Part shown: in pieces, positions 11,880 through 24,100 of the stretch
Position numbering within the stretch: position 1 is the first letter of the stretch
Layout: every line of letters begins with the position of its first letter
NCBI GenBank assembly: GCA_002269645.1
Contig: NIVC01001104.1
Location: forward strand, 293,447 to 357,446
Reading direction: 5' to 3'
DNA length: 64,000 bases
Origin: Macrostomum lignano
Lineage: Eukaryota
The notes under the pieces: model-generated
Seen by the model: only the letters and a program-made list of their open reading frames with translations
The model's database searches: none
Told to the model about the DNA's origin: nothing
Position numbers and translations under genes: made by a program

Positions 11880-12840
11880 CTGGGCTGCCCTCCCAGATCT
11901 TCAGTTGCTGGGCCAGCCTCCCAGATCCTCAGTTGCTGGGCCAGCCTCCCAGATCCTTAGTTGCTGGGCCAGCCTCCCAGATCCTCAGTTGCTGGGCCAG
12001 CCTCCCAGATCCTCAGTTGCTGGGCCAGCCTCCCAGATCCTCAGCTGCTGATCCAGCCTCCCAGATCCTCAGTTGCTGGGCCAGCCTCCCGGATCCTCAG
12101 TTGCTGGGCCAGCCTCCCAGATCCTCAGTTGCTGGGCCAACCTCCCGGATCCTCAGTTGCTGGGCCAGCCTCCCAGATCCTCAGTTGCTGGGCCAACCTC
12201 CCAGATCCTCAGTTGCTGGGCCAGCCTCCCAGATCCTCAGTTGCTGGGCCAGCCTCCCAGATCCTCAGTTTCTGGGCCAGCCTCCCAGAGTGTCAGTTGC
12301 TGTGCCAGCCTCCCAGATCCTCAGTTTCTGGGCCAGCCTCCCAGAGTGTCAGTTGCTGTGCCAGCCTCCCAGATCCTCAGTTGCTGGGCCAGCCTCCCAG
12401 ATCCTCAGTTGCTGGGCCAGCCTCCCGGATCCTCAGTTTCTGGGCCAGCCTCCCAGAGTGTCAGTTGCTGTGCCAGCCTCCCAGATCCTCAGTTTCTGGG
12501 CCAGCCTCCCAGAGTGTCAGTTGCTGTGCCAGCCTCCCAGATCCTCAGTTTCTGGGCCAGCCTCCCAGAGTGTCAGTTGCTGTGCCAGCCTCCCAGATCC
12601 TCAGTTTCTGGGCCAGCCTCCCAGAGTGTCAGTTGCTGTGCCAGCCTCCCAGATCCTCAGTTTCTGGGCCAGCCTCCCAGAGTGTCAGTTGCTGTGCCAA
12701 CCTCCCAGATCCTCAGTTGCTGGGCCAGCCTCCCAGATCCTCAGTTTCTGGGCCAGCCTCCCAGATCCTCAGTTTCTGGGCCAGCCTCCCAGAGTGTCAG
12801 TTGCTGTGCCAGCCTCCCAGTTCCTCAATTTCTGGGTCAC
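11880..12840. repeat. 28-bp minisatellite CCTCCCAGATCCTCAGTTGCTGGGCCAG
   Basis: Tandem copies; the same family occurs inverted at 60180-60900 and 61960-62790. Confidence 0.95.
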
Positions 12841-13154
12841 CCGGGTAAAAAAGCTAATAAAAAGGTACTCAGCTATTTGCCTGAGAAAACATTTTTAATC
12901 AGTGTTTCGATGCAATATTAGGCTCTTTTATGTTGAAGCCAGGTATTTTTCATGTACTTATTCACAACTGTGTGTAGTGTATTTTTGCACCACATAATTT
13001 TAGCTATCAAGCATCACTCTATCGGCACTTGTACTTTTGAATCGAGCTTCACTGCTGTGGTCCCAGCTGTCTCAGTTGTCCGTTTTTTTTTCTGACTATT
13101 ATAGCCTCTGTACTACTTAATTTTTTTCGGCCGTGTTGATGTAGATAAATACTA

Positions 13155-13640
13155 CAGTATATCTTGATGCTGTGGTGTTTATCCTGATGCTGTAGTGTTT
13201 ATCCTGATGCTGTAGTGTTTATCCTGATGCTGTAGTGTTTATCCTGATGCTGTAGTGTTTATCCTGATGCTGTAGTGTTTATCCTGATGCTGTAGTGTTT
13301 ATCCTGATGCTGTAGTGTTTATCCTGATGCTGTAGTGTTTATCCTGATGCTGTAGTGTTTATCCTGATGCTGTAGTGTTTATCCTGATGCTGTAGTGTTT
13401 ATCCTGATGCTGTAGTGTTTATCCTGATGCTGTAGTGTTTATCCTGATGCTGTAGTGTTTATCCTGATGCTGTAGTGTTTATCCTGATGCTGTAGTGTTT
13501 ATCCTGATGCTGTAGTGTTTATCCTGATGCTGTAGTGTTTATCCTGATGCTGTAGTGTTTATCCTGATGCTGTAGTGTTTATCCTGATGCTGTAGTGTTT
13601 ATCCTGATGCTGTAGTGTTTATCCTGCTGCTGTAGTGTGT
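13155..13640. repeat. Near-perfect 20-bp tandem repeat ATCCTGATGCTGTAGTGTTT
   Basis: About two dozen near-identical copies, no spacers. Confidence 0.95.
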
Positions 13641-13934
13641 ATTTGCAGTCTTCATTGCTGCAAAATGCTGAAAAGAAGAAATTCGACTTATTTAAAGATG
13701 CTTAATTCGCACTGCAATATTACTTATATTTGGAACCTGTCAGGTACATGTGCGTTGCCATGGCGTTGAATAATATTTTTTCTGACATCCTGTTTGGACC
13801 AATAGAGCTGATGATAATTATTATTATTATGCGGGATTTTTAATTCATAATTATTGTGAATTTAAGTTGCCTTGTTTTGTTTTTTGTCGTTGCGAAATTA
13901 ATTCTTGATAATTGAGAAGCCACCTTCTGATTCA

Positions 13935-15140
13935 CCACTTCCCATTCCCCACTCCCCATCCCCTCTCCCCATTCCCCACTCCCCATTCCCCACTCCCCAT
14001 TCCCTCTCCCCATTCCCTCTCCCCATTCCCACACTCCCCATTCCCCTCTCCCCATTCCCCACTCCCCATTCCCCTCTCCCCATTCCCCACTCCCCATTCC
14101 CTCTCCCATTCCCCACTCCCCATTCCCTCTCCCCATTCCCCACTCCCATTCCCCTCTCCCCATTCCCCACGGGGTTCCCCATCCCCTCTCCCGATTCCCA
14201 CTCTTATTCCCCACTAATATCCAAAACTAGATGGCATACGGCAAAGTACACCCAGTTGTTTATAAAACAGTTTAGACCAAAGCTTAGTTTAAAAAAGCAA
14301 TTAGCATTTTAATTTGTCAATTCTAGTTGGCAAAGCATCGATTTGGTGGAAAATTTTTCGGATATCAGGCTTTCTGATCAGGAAATTTAATGCGAAACCT
14401 TCTCTCCTTCTTTCGATTTCTTTCTTTGCTGGAAAAGACTCTTTCTTGGTTTTCCGCGCGGCGGTCGAATTGAATTTGAGAAGTCAATTCGGGACTGGAC
14501 AAGAGTCAGGAGCATATTGTGCCTGACAGATGTAGCTGTTTGGTTTATCTTCGGAAACCAACAGTTTATGGCGCTAGCAAAATTGTCCAGAGTTAATCTA
14601 AGGAATTGTTCTTTAACGGGTGATGCTGGCTAAATGAATTCTGAGGCCTACGGGAAGTTCTAGTGTGGGTTCTCATCCCCGCCTTAGCACGCAGTTGCCC
14701 TACTCTCTTCTTGCAGCCTGTTGTAAATAGATAAGCGATGCAGATCTGCTCAAATAGACTCGCCAGATGTCATGACTTGGTGCTTTTTTACAAGACACGA
14801 AATATTTCCCCCCTAGTGCAGTTTTGTATCGCGTCTGGGAATGTCTTTCACCGTTTCTGGTTACACAGGTTCTGTCTTGCTGCTTCAGTGAGTTTCCTGC
14901 TTCTCTTTATGATGCACTGCCTGCACGGTGAGTGAGTGAGTGAGTGAGTGAGTGAGTGAGTGAGTGAGTGAGTGAGTGAGTGAGTGTGAGTGTGTGAGTG
15001 AGTGAGTGAGTGAGTGAGTGAGTGAGTGAGTGAATGAGTGGGCAAGTGAGTGAGTGAATGAGTGAATGAGTGGGCAAGTGAGTGAGTGAGTGAGTGAATG
15101 AATGATTGAGTAAGTGAGTGAATGAGTGGGCAAGTAAGTG
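13935..15140. repeat. C-rich CCCCATTCCCC(ACT/TCT) array (13935-14210) and (GTGA)n microsatellite (14928-15140)
   Basis: Direct inspection. Confidence 0.9.
14869..14927 (+). CDS. Orphan putative exon encoding a hydrophobic stretch (FCLAASVSFLLLFMMHCLH)
   Basis: Acceptor GGTTACACAG and donor CACG|GTGAGT followed by (GTGA)n; signal-peptide/TM-like composition. Partner exons not found. Confidence 0.2.
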
Positions 15141-15649
15141 ACAGGGGATAGCATGGATTGCTTGTGACAGTGTCCCAATTATCTAGCAAAAGTACATGTA
15201 GGTGATTGTCAGAGTAATTGCTAAACGCACTGAATGGCTAGCATTTTAAAGCATATGTCAAACAGAAACACCGCAAAATAATGATTATAAGTGCCGCATT
15301 TCTTAATTCTGTTTGACAGCCAGTATTTTGCATTGCCGCGACTTCTGCAGCCGCAAATAATTGGCGCTCGAGTCGGCCTTGGTAAAAAAAGCATTTGCAA
15401 GAAGAGGACAGTTTCTAGGACTGATGGGGTTGGAAAACATTTGGCCTGTTTTGGGAGATTTCTCCTGGGAAGAGTTTTTTCCTCGCGCTCTTGTGCGGGA
15501 TAGGGTTGTTCTAGAAAGAAACGGATGAATAGATTGACAGGGGGTTAAACGGGCTTTTACGTTATCGCAGCTATTATAAAAGTTGCTCTGTGTTTTGTTG
15601 TATGCTTTTACATGCGCTCAAGCTCTGATAGCGCCTTAAGCAACCATTC

Positions 15650-16910
15650 TTGCTAATATTGGAAGCGCTCTATGGCGTCCATAGCAACGATCCGGACAAC
15701 GGCAAAAGTCCTCAATAGAACACTAGCGACTTTTTAGCTACTGTAGAAGTCCCAACTTTCTGTGACTCCATGAAAGCTCTCGATAGCGTCCCTAGCAACC
15801 ATTCTGACAACCATGGAAGGTGATAGCGTCCCTAGCAACCATTCTGACAACCATAGCAGCCCTCAATAGCGTCCTTAGCAACCATTCTGACAACCATGGA
15901 AGTTGATAGCGTCCCTAGCAACGATTCTAACAACCATAGCACCCCTAGCAACCATTCTGACAACCATAGCAGCCCTCAATAGCGTCCTTAGCAACCATTC
16001 TGACAACCATGGAAGTTGATAGCGTCCATAGGAACGATTCTAACAACCATAGAAGCCCTAGCAACCATTCTGACATCCATAGAAGCCCTCAATAGCGTTC
16101 TTAGCAACCTTCGAAGCCCTTGTCTGATTATCTGTGCTTCTACCTTACATTCTTGTCTTCTGTAAGAAGCGTACGATTAGCCTTCGCAGAGTAACAAACA
16201 GCCTTTGGGATAGGTACTGCCCAAGCGCTGCAGGCTAATTTATCACTCTCTCAGCTTACTCTGTTTGCCATTATCCAAAGATGCGGAAAAGATAACAGAC
16301 TGTTGTGGTGGAGAAACCGGTTGGCGCTGACTGACCATAATTTATCGCATAGCAGTCACACCGCACTGCGCCAATTGTATTCACACTGTGCCACTGGCTG
16401 TAGCGCTGATGCACACAGCGCAGTTTGGGTTTCAAGGAATTTGAATTTCGGGGATAATTGAAATTTTAGGCAAGTTGGAATTTCAGTCAGTTGGGATTTC
16501 AGGGAGTTTGAATTTCAGGAATAATTTGGATTTCAAGAAAAATGGGGATTTCTGGGATAATTAGGACTTCTGGGATAACTGGGATTTCAGGAACAATTAG
16601 GATTTATGGGATAATTTGGGTTTCAGGGATTTTGAACTTCCAGGAACAATTGGGATATCAGGAATAGTTGTGATTTCAGGAAAAATTGGGATTTCTGGGA
16701 GAATTTGGATTTCAGTAAGAATTGGGATTTCAGGAAAAATTAACATTTCAAGGATAATTGGGATTTCAGAGATAATTGGGATTTCAGGGATAGTTGGGAT
16801 TTTAGAGATAATTGGAATTTCAGGGACAACTGGGATTTTAGGGATAATTTGAATTTTAGGGCAATTGGGATTTCAGCTAATGGGGACGTCAGGGAATTAA
16901 GATGTCAGGC
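15650..16910. repeat. Degenerate arrays: TAGCAACCATTCTGACAACC-type (15650-16110) and GGGATTTCAGG-type (16420-16910)
   Basis: Direct inspection. Confidence 0.85.
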
Positions 16911-17084
16911 TTTGGGACTAAAGAAGCACTTTGTCGAAATTCCAATATAATGCATAATATAACAGCATAATGCTTCTAGTTAAGTTTTAAGCGCCAATAT
17001 GCTTCCCTTTCTATCTAATTCATCAGATCAGTTCATCGTTAGGGTATGCGCTTTGTTTATCTCATTTAACAGCCCCGATGCGCT

Positions 17085-17098
17085 GTTGCCATAGCGAC
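17085..17098. promoter_or_regulatory. RFX X-box-like site GTTGCCATAGCGAC
   Basis: Matches the X-box consensus GTYRCYATRGYRAC; target gene unknown. Confidence 0.35.
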
Positions 17099-17289
17099 TG
17101 CAGATTAATGTAAGCAACCTGTCATCAGCTGGTCCGTTCCCAGTCCAAACCTTTTTTGGCAAACTGCAAAAAACAAAGAAAGAAGTGGTTTATATCTGTG
17201 TGTATGCAAAATGATTAAATAAACCTGGTTGCGCTCACTGGTTAATTGCACTTTCATTGATGCAGATGCAGTTACACCTGAGCATTACT

Positions 17290-18235
17290 GAGTCCCAGTG
17301 TCTGTCTCTATGTCTGTCCCTGTGTCTGTCTCAGTGTCTGTTTTCATGCCTGTCCCAGTGTCTTTCCCAGTGTCTGTCCCAGTGTCTATCTCAGTGTCTG
17401 TCCCAGTTTCTGTCTTCGTGTCTGTCCCTGTGTCTGTCTTAGTGTCTGTTTTCATGCCTGTCCCCAGTGTCTCCCGGTGTCTGTCCCAGTGTCTATCTCA
17501 GTGTCTGTCCCAGTTTCTGTCTTCGTGTCTGTCTCAGTTTCTGTCTTCGTGTCTGTCCCTGTGTCTGTCCCTGTGTCTGTCTCAGTGTAGCTGTTTTCAT
17601 TCCTGTCCCAGTGTCTTTCCCGGTTTCTGTCCCAGTGTCTGTCTCAGTGTCTGTCCCAGTGTCTGTCCCAGTGTCTGCCTCAGTGTCTGTCTCAGTGTCT
17701 GTCCCAGTGTCTGCCTCAGTGTCTGTCCCAGTGTCTGTCCCAGTGTCTGCCTCAGTGTCTGTCCCAGTGTCTGTCCCAGTGTCTGTCTCAGTGTCTGTCC
17801 CTGTGTCTGTCTCAGTGTCTGTCCCTGTGTCTGTCTCAGTGTCTGTCTCTGTGTCTGTCTCAGTGTCTGTCCCTGTGTCTGTCTCAGTGTCTGTCCCTGT
17901 GTCTGTCTCAGTGTCTGTCCCTGTGTCTGTCTCAGTGTCTGTCTCTGTGTCTGTCTCAGTGTCTGTCTCAGTGTATGTGTCTGTGTCTGTCTCATTGTCT
18001 GTCCCTGTGTCTGTCTCAGTGTCTGTCTCTGTGTCTGTCCCTGTGTCTGTCTCAGTGTCTGTCTCAGTGTCTGTCCCTGTGTCTGTCTCAGTGTCTGTCC
18101 CTGTGTCTGTCTCAGTGTCTGTCTCAGTGTCTGTCCCTGTGTCTGTCTCAGTGTCTGTCTCTGTGTCTGTCTCAGTGTCTGTCTCAGTGTATGTGTCTGT
18201 GTCTGTCTCATTGTCTGTCTCAGTGTCTCCGTGTG
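17290..18235. repeat. 6/12-bp (CAGTGTCTGTCC) satellite
   Basis: Direct inspection. Confidence 0.95.
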
Positions 18236-18334
18236 TCGCTGTGTCCTCCATCCCAGCTCTTTGTCCTGTTCTTTGTGGGGCGGCAGTGGATGCTAATGCT
18301 AGTTACATTCTAGATTTCATGAGTTTGCGACATT

Positions 18335-18653
18335 GTCACAACCGGCGAGAGGCATTACTGCCCCTCGCCGATTCCCCTGAGCAGGCACACAAGCGCGCAA
18401 ATACGTACGCAGTCTTACGCACAGGCACACACTCACACAGGAGTGTACATATGCAGCACCCCGAACTTTATTTATGTAATAAGTAATAGGCATGTACACT
18501 TCACTGTGCCTTAAGTCCTCAAGGCCGTTAATTGCACGAGCAGAGCCAAGCCAAGATTCCAATTCAGCCCCAAATTAATGTGGCTGCACTTGGAATCGAG
18601 CCTGGACCGCTGGTACACCAGAGCGCCGTTCTACATCACAAGGCTACGGCCCC
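18335..18653 (-). mobile_element. tRNA-derived SINE, copy B
   Basis: Minus-strand head GGGGCCGTAGCCTTGTGATGTAGAACGGCGCTCTGG...GGCTCGATTCC with an A-box-like start and B box at 18602-18592. The body is shared with copy A. Confidence 0.7.
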
Positions 18654-19139
18654 TTAAGATTTTAGGAGAGTGTAAACAAACTATATTAAATGATATTTAG
18701 ACTGAATTGGCTGTGATTTTGTGTGTGTAGTAAGGAATTTAGAAAAAACAAAAAAACAACTCTTTGAGAACCCTTGTATATTAATTTTGATGATAAAATC
18801 ACCGCAATACCAGCGCGCACTGCAAGCTTTGAAAAAAAACGATTTGCAAGATTATTAGATTAACAGTAATGAAGTTGCTTAAATCTTGAGACACTTTACA
18901 CACGATCTGTATACGCGTACCCCATGACATTCATTGGAGGGCTTGGGCGATTAATAAGCAAGACGCTACGATTAAAAACCATAACGCAGGTTCACCGCAT
19001 GCACAATTAGGCTGTACATTCGCGTGTCAAATTTGATGCATTTATGAAGCTTAAATAATTATAACTACTAGCTATTATAACTACGGATTGTAATTTAAAT
19101 ATCAATCAAGAGTATATATATCCGTATGTATTGAACGAA

Positions 19140-21110
19140 TTTCCCGCCTCACTCACTGGATCTGCCTCTCCGCCCCCCTCACTCACTGGATCTGCCTCTC
19201 CGCCCCCCTCACTCACTGGATCTGCCTCTCCGCCCGCCTCACTCACTGGATCTGCCTCTCCGCCCCCCCACCTCACTCACTGGATCTGCCTCTCCGCCCC
19301 CACCTCACTCACTGGATCTGCCTCTCCGCCCCCCTCACTCACTGGATCTGCCTCTCCGCCCGCCTCACTCACTGGATCTGCCTCTCCGCCCCCCACCTCA
19401 CTCACTGGATCTGCCTCTCCGCCCCCACCTCACTCACTGGATCTGCCTCTCCGCCCCCCTCACTCACTGGATCTGCCTCTCCGCCCCCCTCACTCACTGG
19501 ATCTGCCTCTCCGCCCCCCTCACTCACTGGATCTGCCTCTCCGCCCCCCACCTCACTCACTGGATCTGCCTCTCCGCCCCCCTCACTCACTGGATCTGCC
19601 TCTCCGCCCCCCCCCCCTAACTCACTGGATCTGCCTCTCCGCCCCCCCTCACTCACTGGATCTGCCTCTCCGCCCCCCCTCACTCACTGGATCTGCCTCT
19701 CCGCCCCCCCACCTCACTCACTGGATCTGCCTCTCCGCCCCCCTCACTCACTGGATCTGCCTCTCCGCCCCCCCTCACTCACTGGATCTGCCTCTCCGCC
19801 TCCCCCCTCACTCACTGGATCTGCCTCTCCGCCTCCCCCTAACTCACTGGATCTGCCTCTCCGCCCCCTTCACTCACTGGATCTGCCTCTCCGCCCCCCA
19901 CCTCACTCACTGGATCTGCCTCTCCGCCCCCCTCACTCACTGGATCTGCCTCTCCGCCCCCCACCTCACTCACTGGATCTGCCTCTCCGCCCCCACCTCA
20001 CTCACTGGATCTGCCTCTCCGCCCCCCTCACTCACTGGATCTGCCTCTCCGCCCCCCTCACTCACTGGATCTGCCTCTCCGCCCCCCTAACTCACTGGAT
20101 CTGCCTCTCCGCCCCCCACCTCACTCACTGGATCTGCCTCTCCGCCCCCCTCACTCACTGGATCTGCCTCTCCGCCCCCCCCCCTAACTCACTGGATCTG
20201 CCTCTCCGCCCCCCCTCACTCACTGGATCTGCCTCTCCGCCCCCCTCACTCACTGGATCTGCCTCTCCGCCTCCCCCCTCACTCACTGGATCTGCCTCTC
20301 CGCCCCCCCCTAACTCACTGGATCTGCCTCTCCGCCCCCCCTCACTCACTGGATCTGCCTCTCCGCCCCCCCCCCCTCACTCACTGGATCTGCCTCTCCG
20401 CCTCCCCCCTCACTCACTGGATCTGCCTCTCCGCCCCCCTCACTCACTGGATCTGCCTCTCCGCCCCCCTCACTCACTGGATCTGCCTCTCCGCCCCCCT
20501 CACTCACTGGATCTGCCTCTCCGCCCCCCCCCCACCTCACTCACTGGATCTGCCTCTCCGCCCCCCCCACCTCACTCACTGGATCTGCCTCTCCGCCTCC
20601 CCCCTCACTCACTGGATCTGCCTCTCCGCCCCCCTCACTCACTGGATCTGCCTCTCCGCCCCCCTCACTCGCTGGATCTGCCTCTTCGCCCCCCTCACTC
20701 ACTGGATCTGCCTCTCCGCCCCCTCACTCGCTGGATCTGCCTCTTCGCCCCCCTCACTCACTGGATCTGCCTCTCCGCCCCCCTCACTCGCTGGATCTGC
20801 CTCTTCGCCCCCCTCACTCACTGGATCTGCCTCTCCGCCCCCCACTCACTCACTGGATCTGCCTCTCCGCCCCCCCCCCTCACTCACTGGATCTGCCTCT
20901 CCGCCCCCCCTCACTGGATCTGCCTCTCCGCCCCCTCACTCACTGGATCTGCCTCTTCGCCCCCTCACTCACTGGATCTGCCTCTCCGCCCCCTCACTCA
21001 CTGGATCTGCCTCTCCGCCCCCTCACTCACTGGATCTGCCTCTCCGCCCCCTCACTCACTGGATCTGCCTCTCCGCCCCCTCACTCACTGGATCTGCCTC
21101 TCCGCCCCCC
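19140..21110. repeat. ~30-bp minisatellite CTCACTCACTGGATCTGCCTCTCCGCCCCC, immediately 3' of the DEG/ENaC stop
   Basis: Tandem copies with variable poly-C length. Confidence 0.95.
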
Positions 21111-21132
21111 ATTTAAACTGATAACAGCAGAG

Positions 21133-24100
21133 TCAGACGCCGTCGTTCTTCTCCCAAACCGGTTTCGGCAACTCCTCCAGCAGGTTATCATCAGCTGTGC
21201 CGGCCAAATCCGTGCCAGCCGCCGTGCCCGAAGCCTCGGACTGGGCCGTGTTGTTGCCACTGTCTCGATGCCGACCGCGCCGCATTGCGCAGACACCGTA
21301 GCAGTGAATGCAGAAGTCAATCAGCTCTACCACCGAGATCATTGTCAGCCCGATGAATATTGAGAACAGGCCGCCTACCTGGCTGAGAAATGAGGTCAGC
21401 GAGAGAACCTCCTTTTCGGCGACTTTGTGAAGATCAAAGTTGGGGCGAATGAGCTGGATTGACAGCAGGTTGCGTTCGAGAAGACTCACGTTTCTCAGCA
21501 GAGTGTAGGCGCCCTGCGCAGAGGGAGCGATTCAGTTGAAACTGATTGAGTGAAGGGCGATTCTCATGGGGTGGCGTGCGATTCTCATAGGGTGGTGTGC
21601 GATTCTCATAGGGTGGTGTGCGATTCTCATGGGGTAGTGCGGTTCTCATAGGGTGGTGTGCGATTCTCATGGGGTAGTGCGATTCTCATGGGGTGGTGTG
21701 TGATTCTCGTGGGGTAATGTGCGGTTCTCATGGAGTGGTGTGCGATTCTCATGGGGTAATGTGCGATTCTCATGGGGTGGTGTGCGATTTTCATGGGGTG
21801 GTGTGTGATTCTCATGGGGTGGTGTGCGATTCTCATGGAGTGGTGTGCGATTCTCATGGGGTGGTGTGTGATTCTCATGGGGTGGTGTGTGATTCTCATG
21901 GGGTAGTGCGATTCTCATGGGGTGGTGTGTGATTCTCATGGGGTGGTGTGTGATTCTCATCGGGTGGTGCGCGATTCTCATGGGGTAATGTGCGGTTCTC
22001 ATGGGGTGGTGTGCAATTTTCATGGGGTGGTGTGCGATTCTCATGGGGTGGTGTGCGATTCTCATGGGGTGGTGTGTGATTCTCATGGGGTGGTGTGCGA
22101 TTCTCATGGAGTGGTGTGCGATTCTCATGGGGTGGTGTGCGATTCTCATGGGGTAGTGCGGTTCTCATGGGTGGTATGCGATTCTCATGGGCTAGTGTGT
22201 TATTCTCGTGGGGTGGTGTGTGATTCTCATCGGGTGGTGCGCGATTCTCATGGGGTAATGTGCGGTTCTCATGGGGTGGTGTGCAATTTTCATGGGGTGG
22301 TGTGCGATTCTCATGGGGTGGTGTGCGATTCTCATGGGGGGTGTGTGCGATTCCCATTTGTCGATTTTGTTAACAAAGCCTTAAACTGAAGCAGCCAATT
22401 GGTTATTTGGTTTTAACAATTGTACTTTTATGACCAGATTTGCTGCGAATCTTCATTAGCTTTTGTCTTTCCCCAAGGTCTATTTGCCTACACAGATGGG
22501 TCTCCTTACTCTGCCCTGAAAACAAATCTGCGGTCCAAGCGCAGTGATGGCAAACACAGTGGGGGGGGGGGGGCGGCAAGCCCTGCTGTCTTCTCTGCAT
22601 CATGAGCTGAGGGCCATTCTGTAGTGTGTTGGGTAGCCATTGATTGCTCAGTGTCTGTCAGTGTGTCTCAGTGTCTGTGTCAGTGTGTCTCAGTGTCTGT
22701 GTCAGTGTGTCTCAGTGTCTCTGTAAGTGTAAGTGTCAGTTTGTCTGTGTAGGTGTCAGTGTGTCTCAGTGTTTGAGTGTCTATCAGTGTGTTTCAGTGT
22801 CTGTGTCAGTGTGTCTCAGTGTCTGTCAGTGTGTCTCAGTGTTTGTGTAAGTGTCAGTTTGTCTGTGTAAGTGTCAGTGTGTCTGTGTGTCAGTGTGTCT
22901 CAGTGTCTGTGTCAGTGTGTCTCAGTGTCTGTGTCAGTGTGTCTCAGTGTCTGTTTCAGTGTGTCTCAGTGTCTGTATCAGTGTGTCTCAGTGTCTGAGT
23001 GTCTATTAGTGTGTCTCAGTGTGTGTGTCTCAGTTGTCTGTGTCTGACACTGTGTCAGTTTGTCTGTGTAAGTGTCAGTGTGTCTGTGTCTGTGTCAGTG
23101 TGTCTCAGTATCTGTGTCAGTGTCAGTAACTGTGTCAGTGTCCGTGTCAGTAACTGCGTGCCATTGTCTATGTCAGTGTCTGAGTGTCTATTAGTGTGTC
23201 TCAGTGTGTGTGTCTCAGTGTCTGTGTCTGACACTGTGTCAGTCTGTCTGTGTAAGTGTCAGTGTGTCTGTGTCTGTGTCAGTGTGTCTCAGTATCTGTG
23301 TCAGTGTCAGTAACTGTGTCAGTGTCCGTGTCAGTAACTGCGTGCCATTGTCTATGTCAGTGTCTGAGTGTCTATTAGTGTGTCTTAGTGTCTGTGTCAG
23401 TGTGTCAGTGTGTCAGTGTGTCAGTGTCTGTGTAAGTGTCAGTGTGTCTCAGTATCTGTGTCAGTGTCAGTAACTGTGTCAGTGTCAGTGTCAGTAACTG
23501 TGTCAGTGTCAGTGTCAGTAACTGTGTCAGTGTCTATGTCAGTGTCGGTGTCAGTGTGTCTCAGTGTCTGCCATCACCCCGGAGACCCACCATCTCGTCG
23601 CCGGCCTTGGCCAGCCGGATGGCCCTGTCATAGACTGCCATCTCCTTCCGTCGCCGCAGTCTGCCAAACCCGCTGCTCTGCAGCAGCTGCAACTGCCAGG
23701 ATTTCGTTGGCCAATCTGAGGTCGAACGCTCTGTCTGGTAGCTGTAGAAGGAGCACGGCAGGGTGCAACTGTCTACAACGTCCTTAAAGTACTTGGAGAT
23801 CACCGCCTGTTTGCACTTGATGAACCTGTGCGCTCGCTCCAGTGCCGCCCGACAGACCGCCAAGTCGCTGTCGCCGTCGCTGCACGCATTGGCGGGCAGG
23901 AACTCGGGCAGGCCGGTGCAGAATCGAACTTTGTCCGGATCGCCAATCTGCGGATATTCGGCCGCCTGGCAGCCGCAGGTGTCGCGGATGTCGCGCTGAA
24001 TCGTGGCCTGCCTGCAGGCGCCTTCGCTATACTTGTAGCGCCGGGCGAACAGGTCCAGAGACTTCAGCGTATCGGCCGAGCACCTGCCGTAGGGCGGGCG

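Noticed and set aside
18580-18653. Functional tRNA genes (also 26160-26236)
   Set aside because: B boxes are present but no complete acceptor/anticodon stems could be paired by eye, and both heads continue into a shared non-tRNA body, which indicates a SINE.
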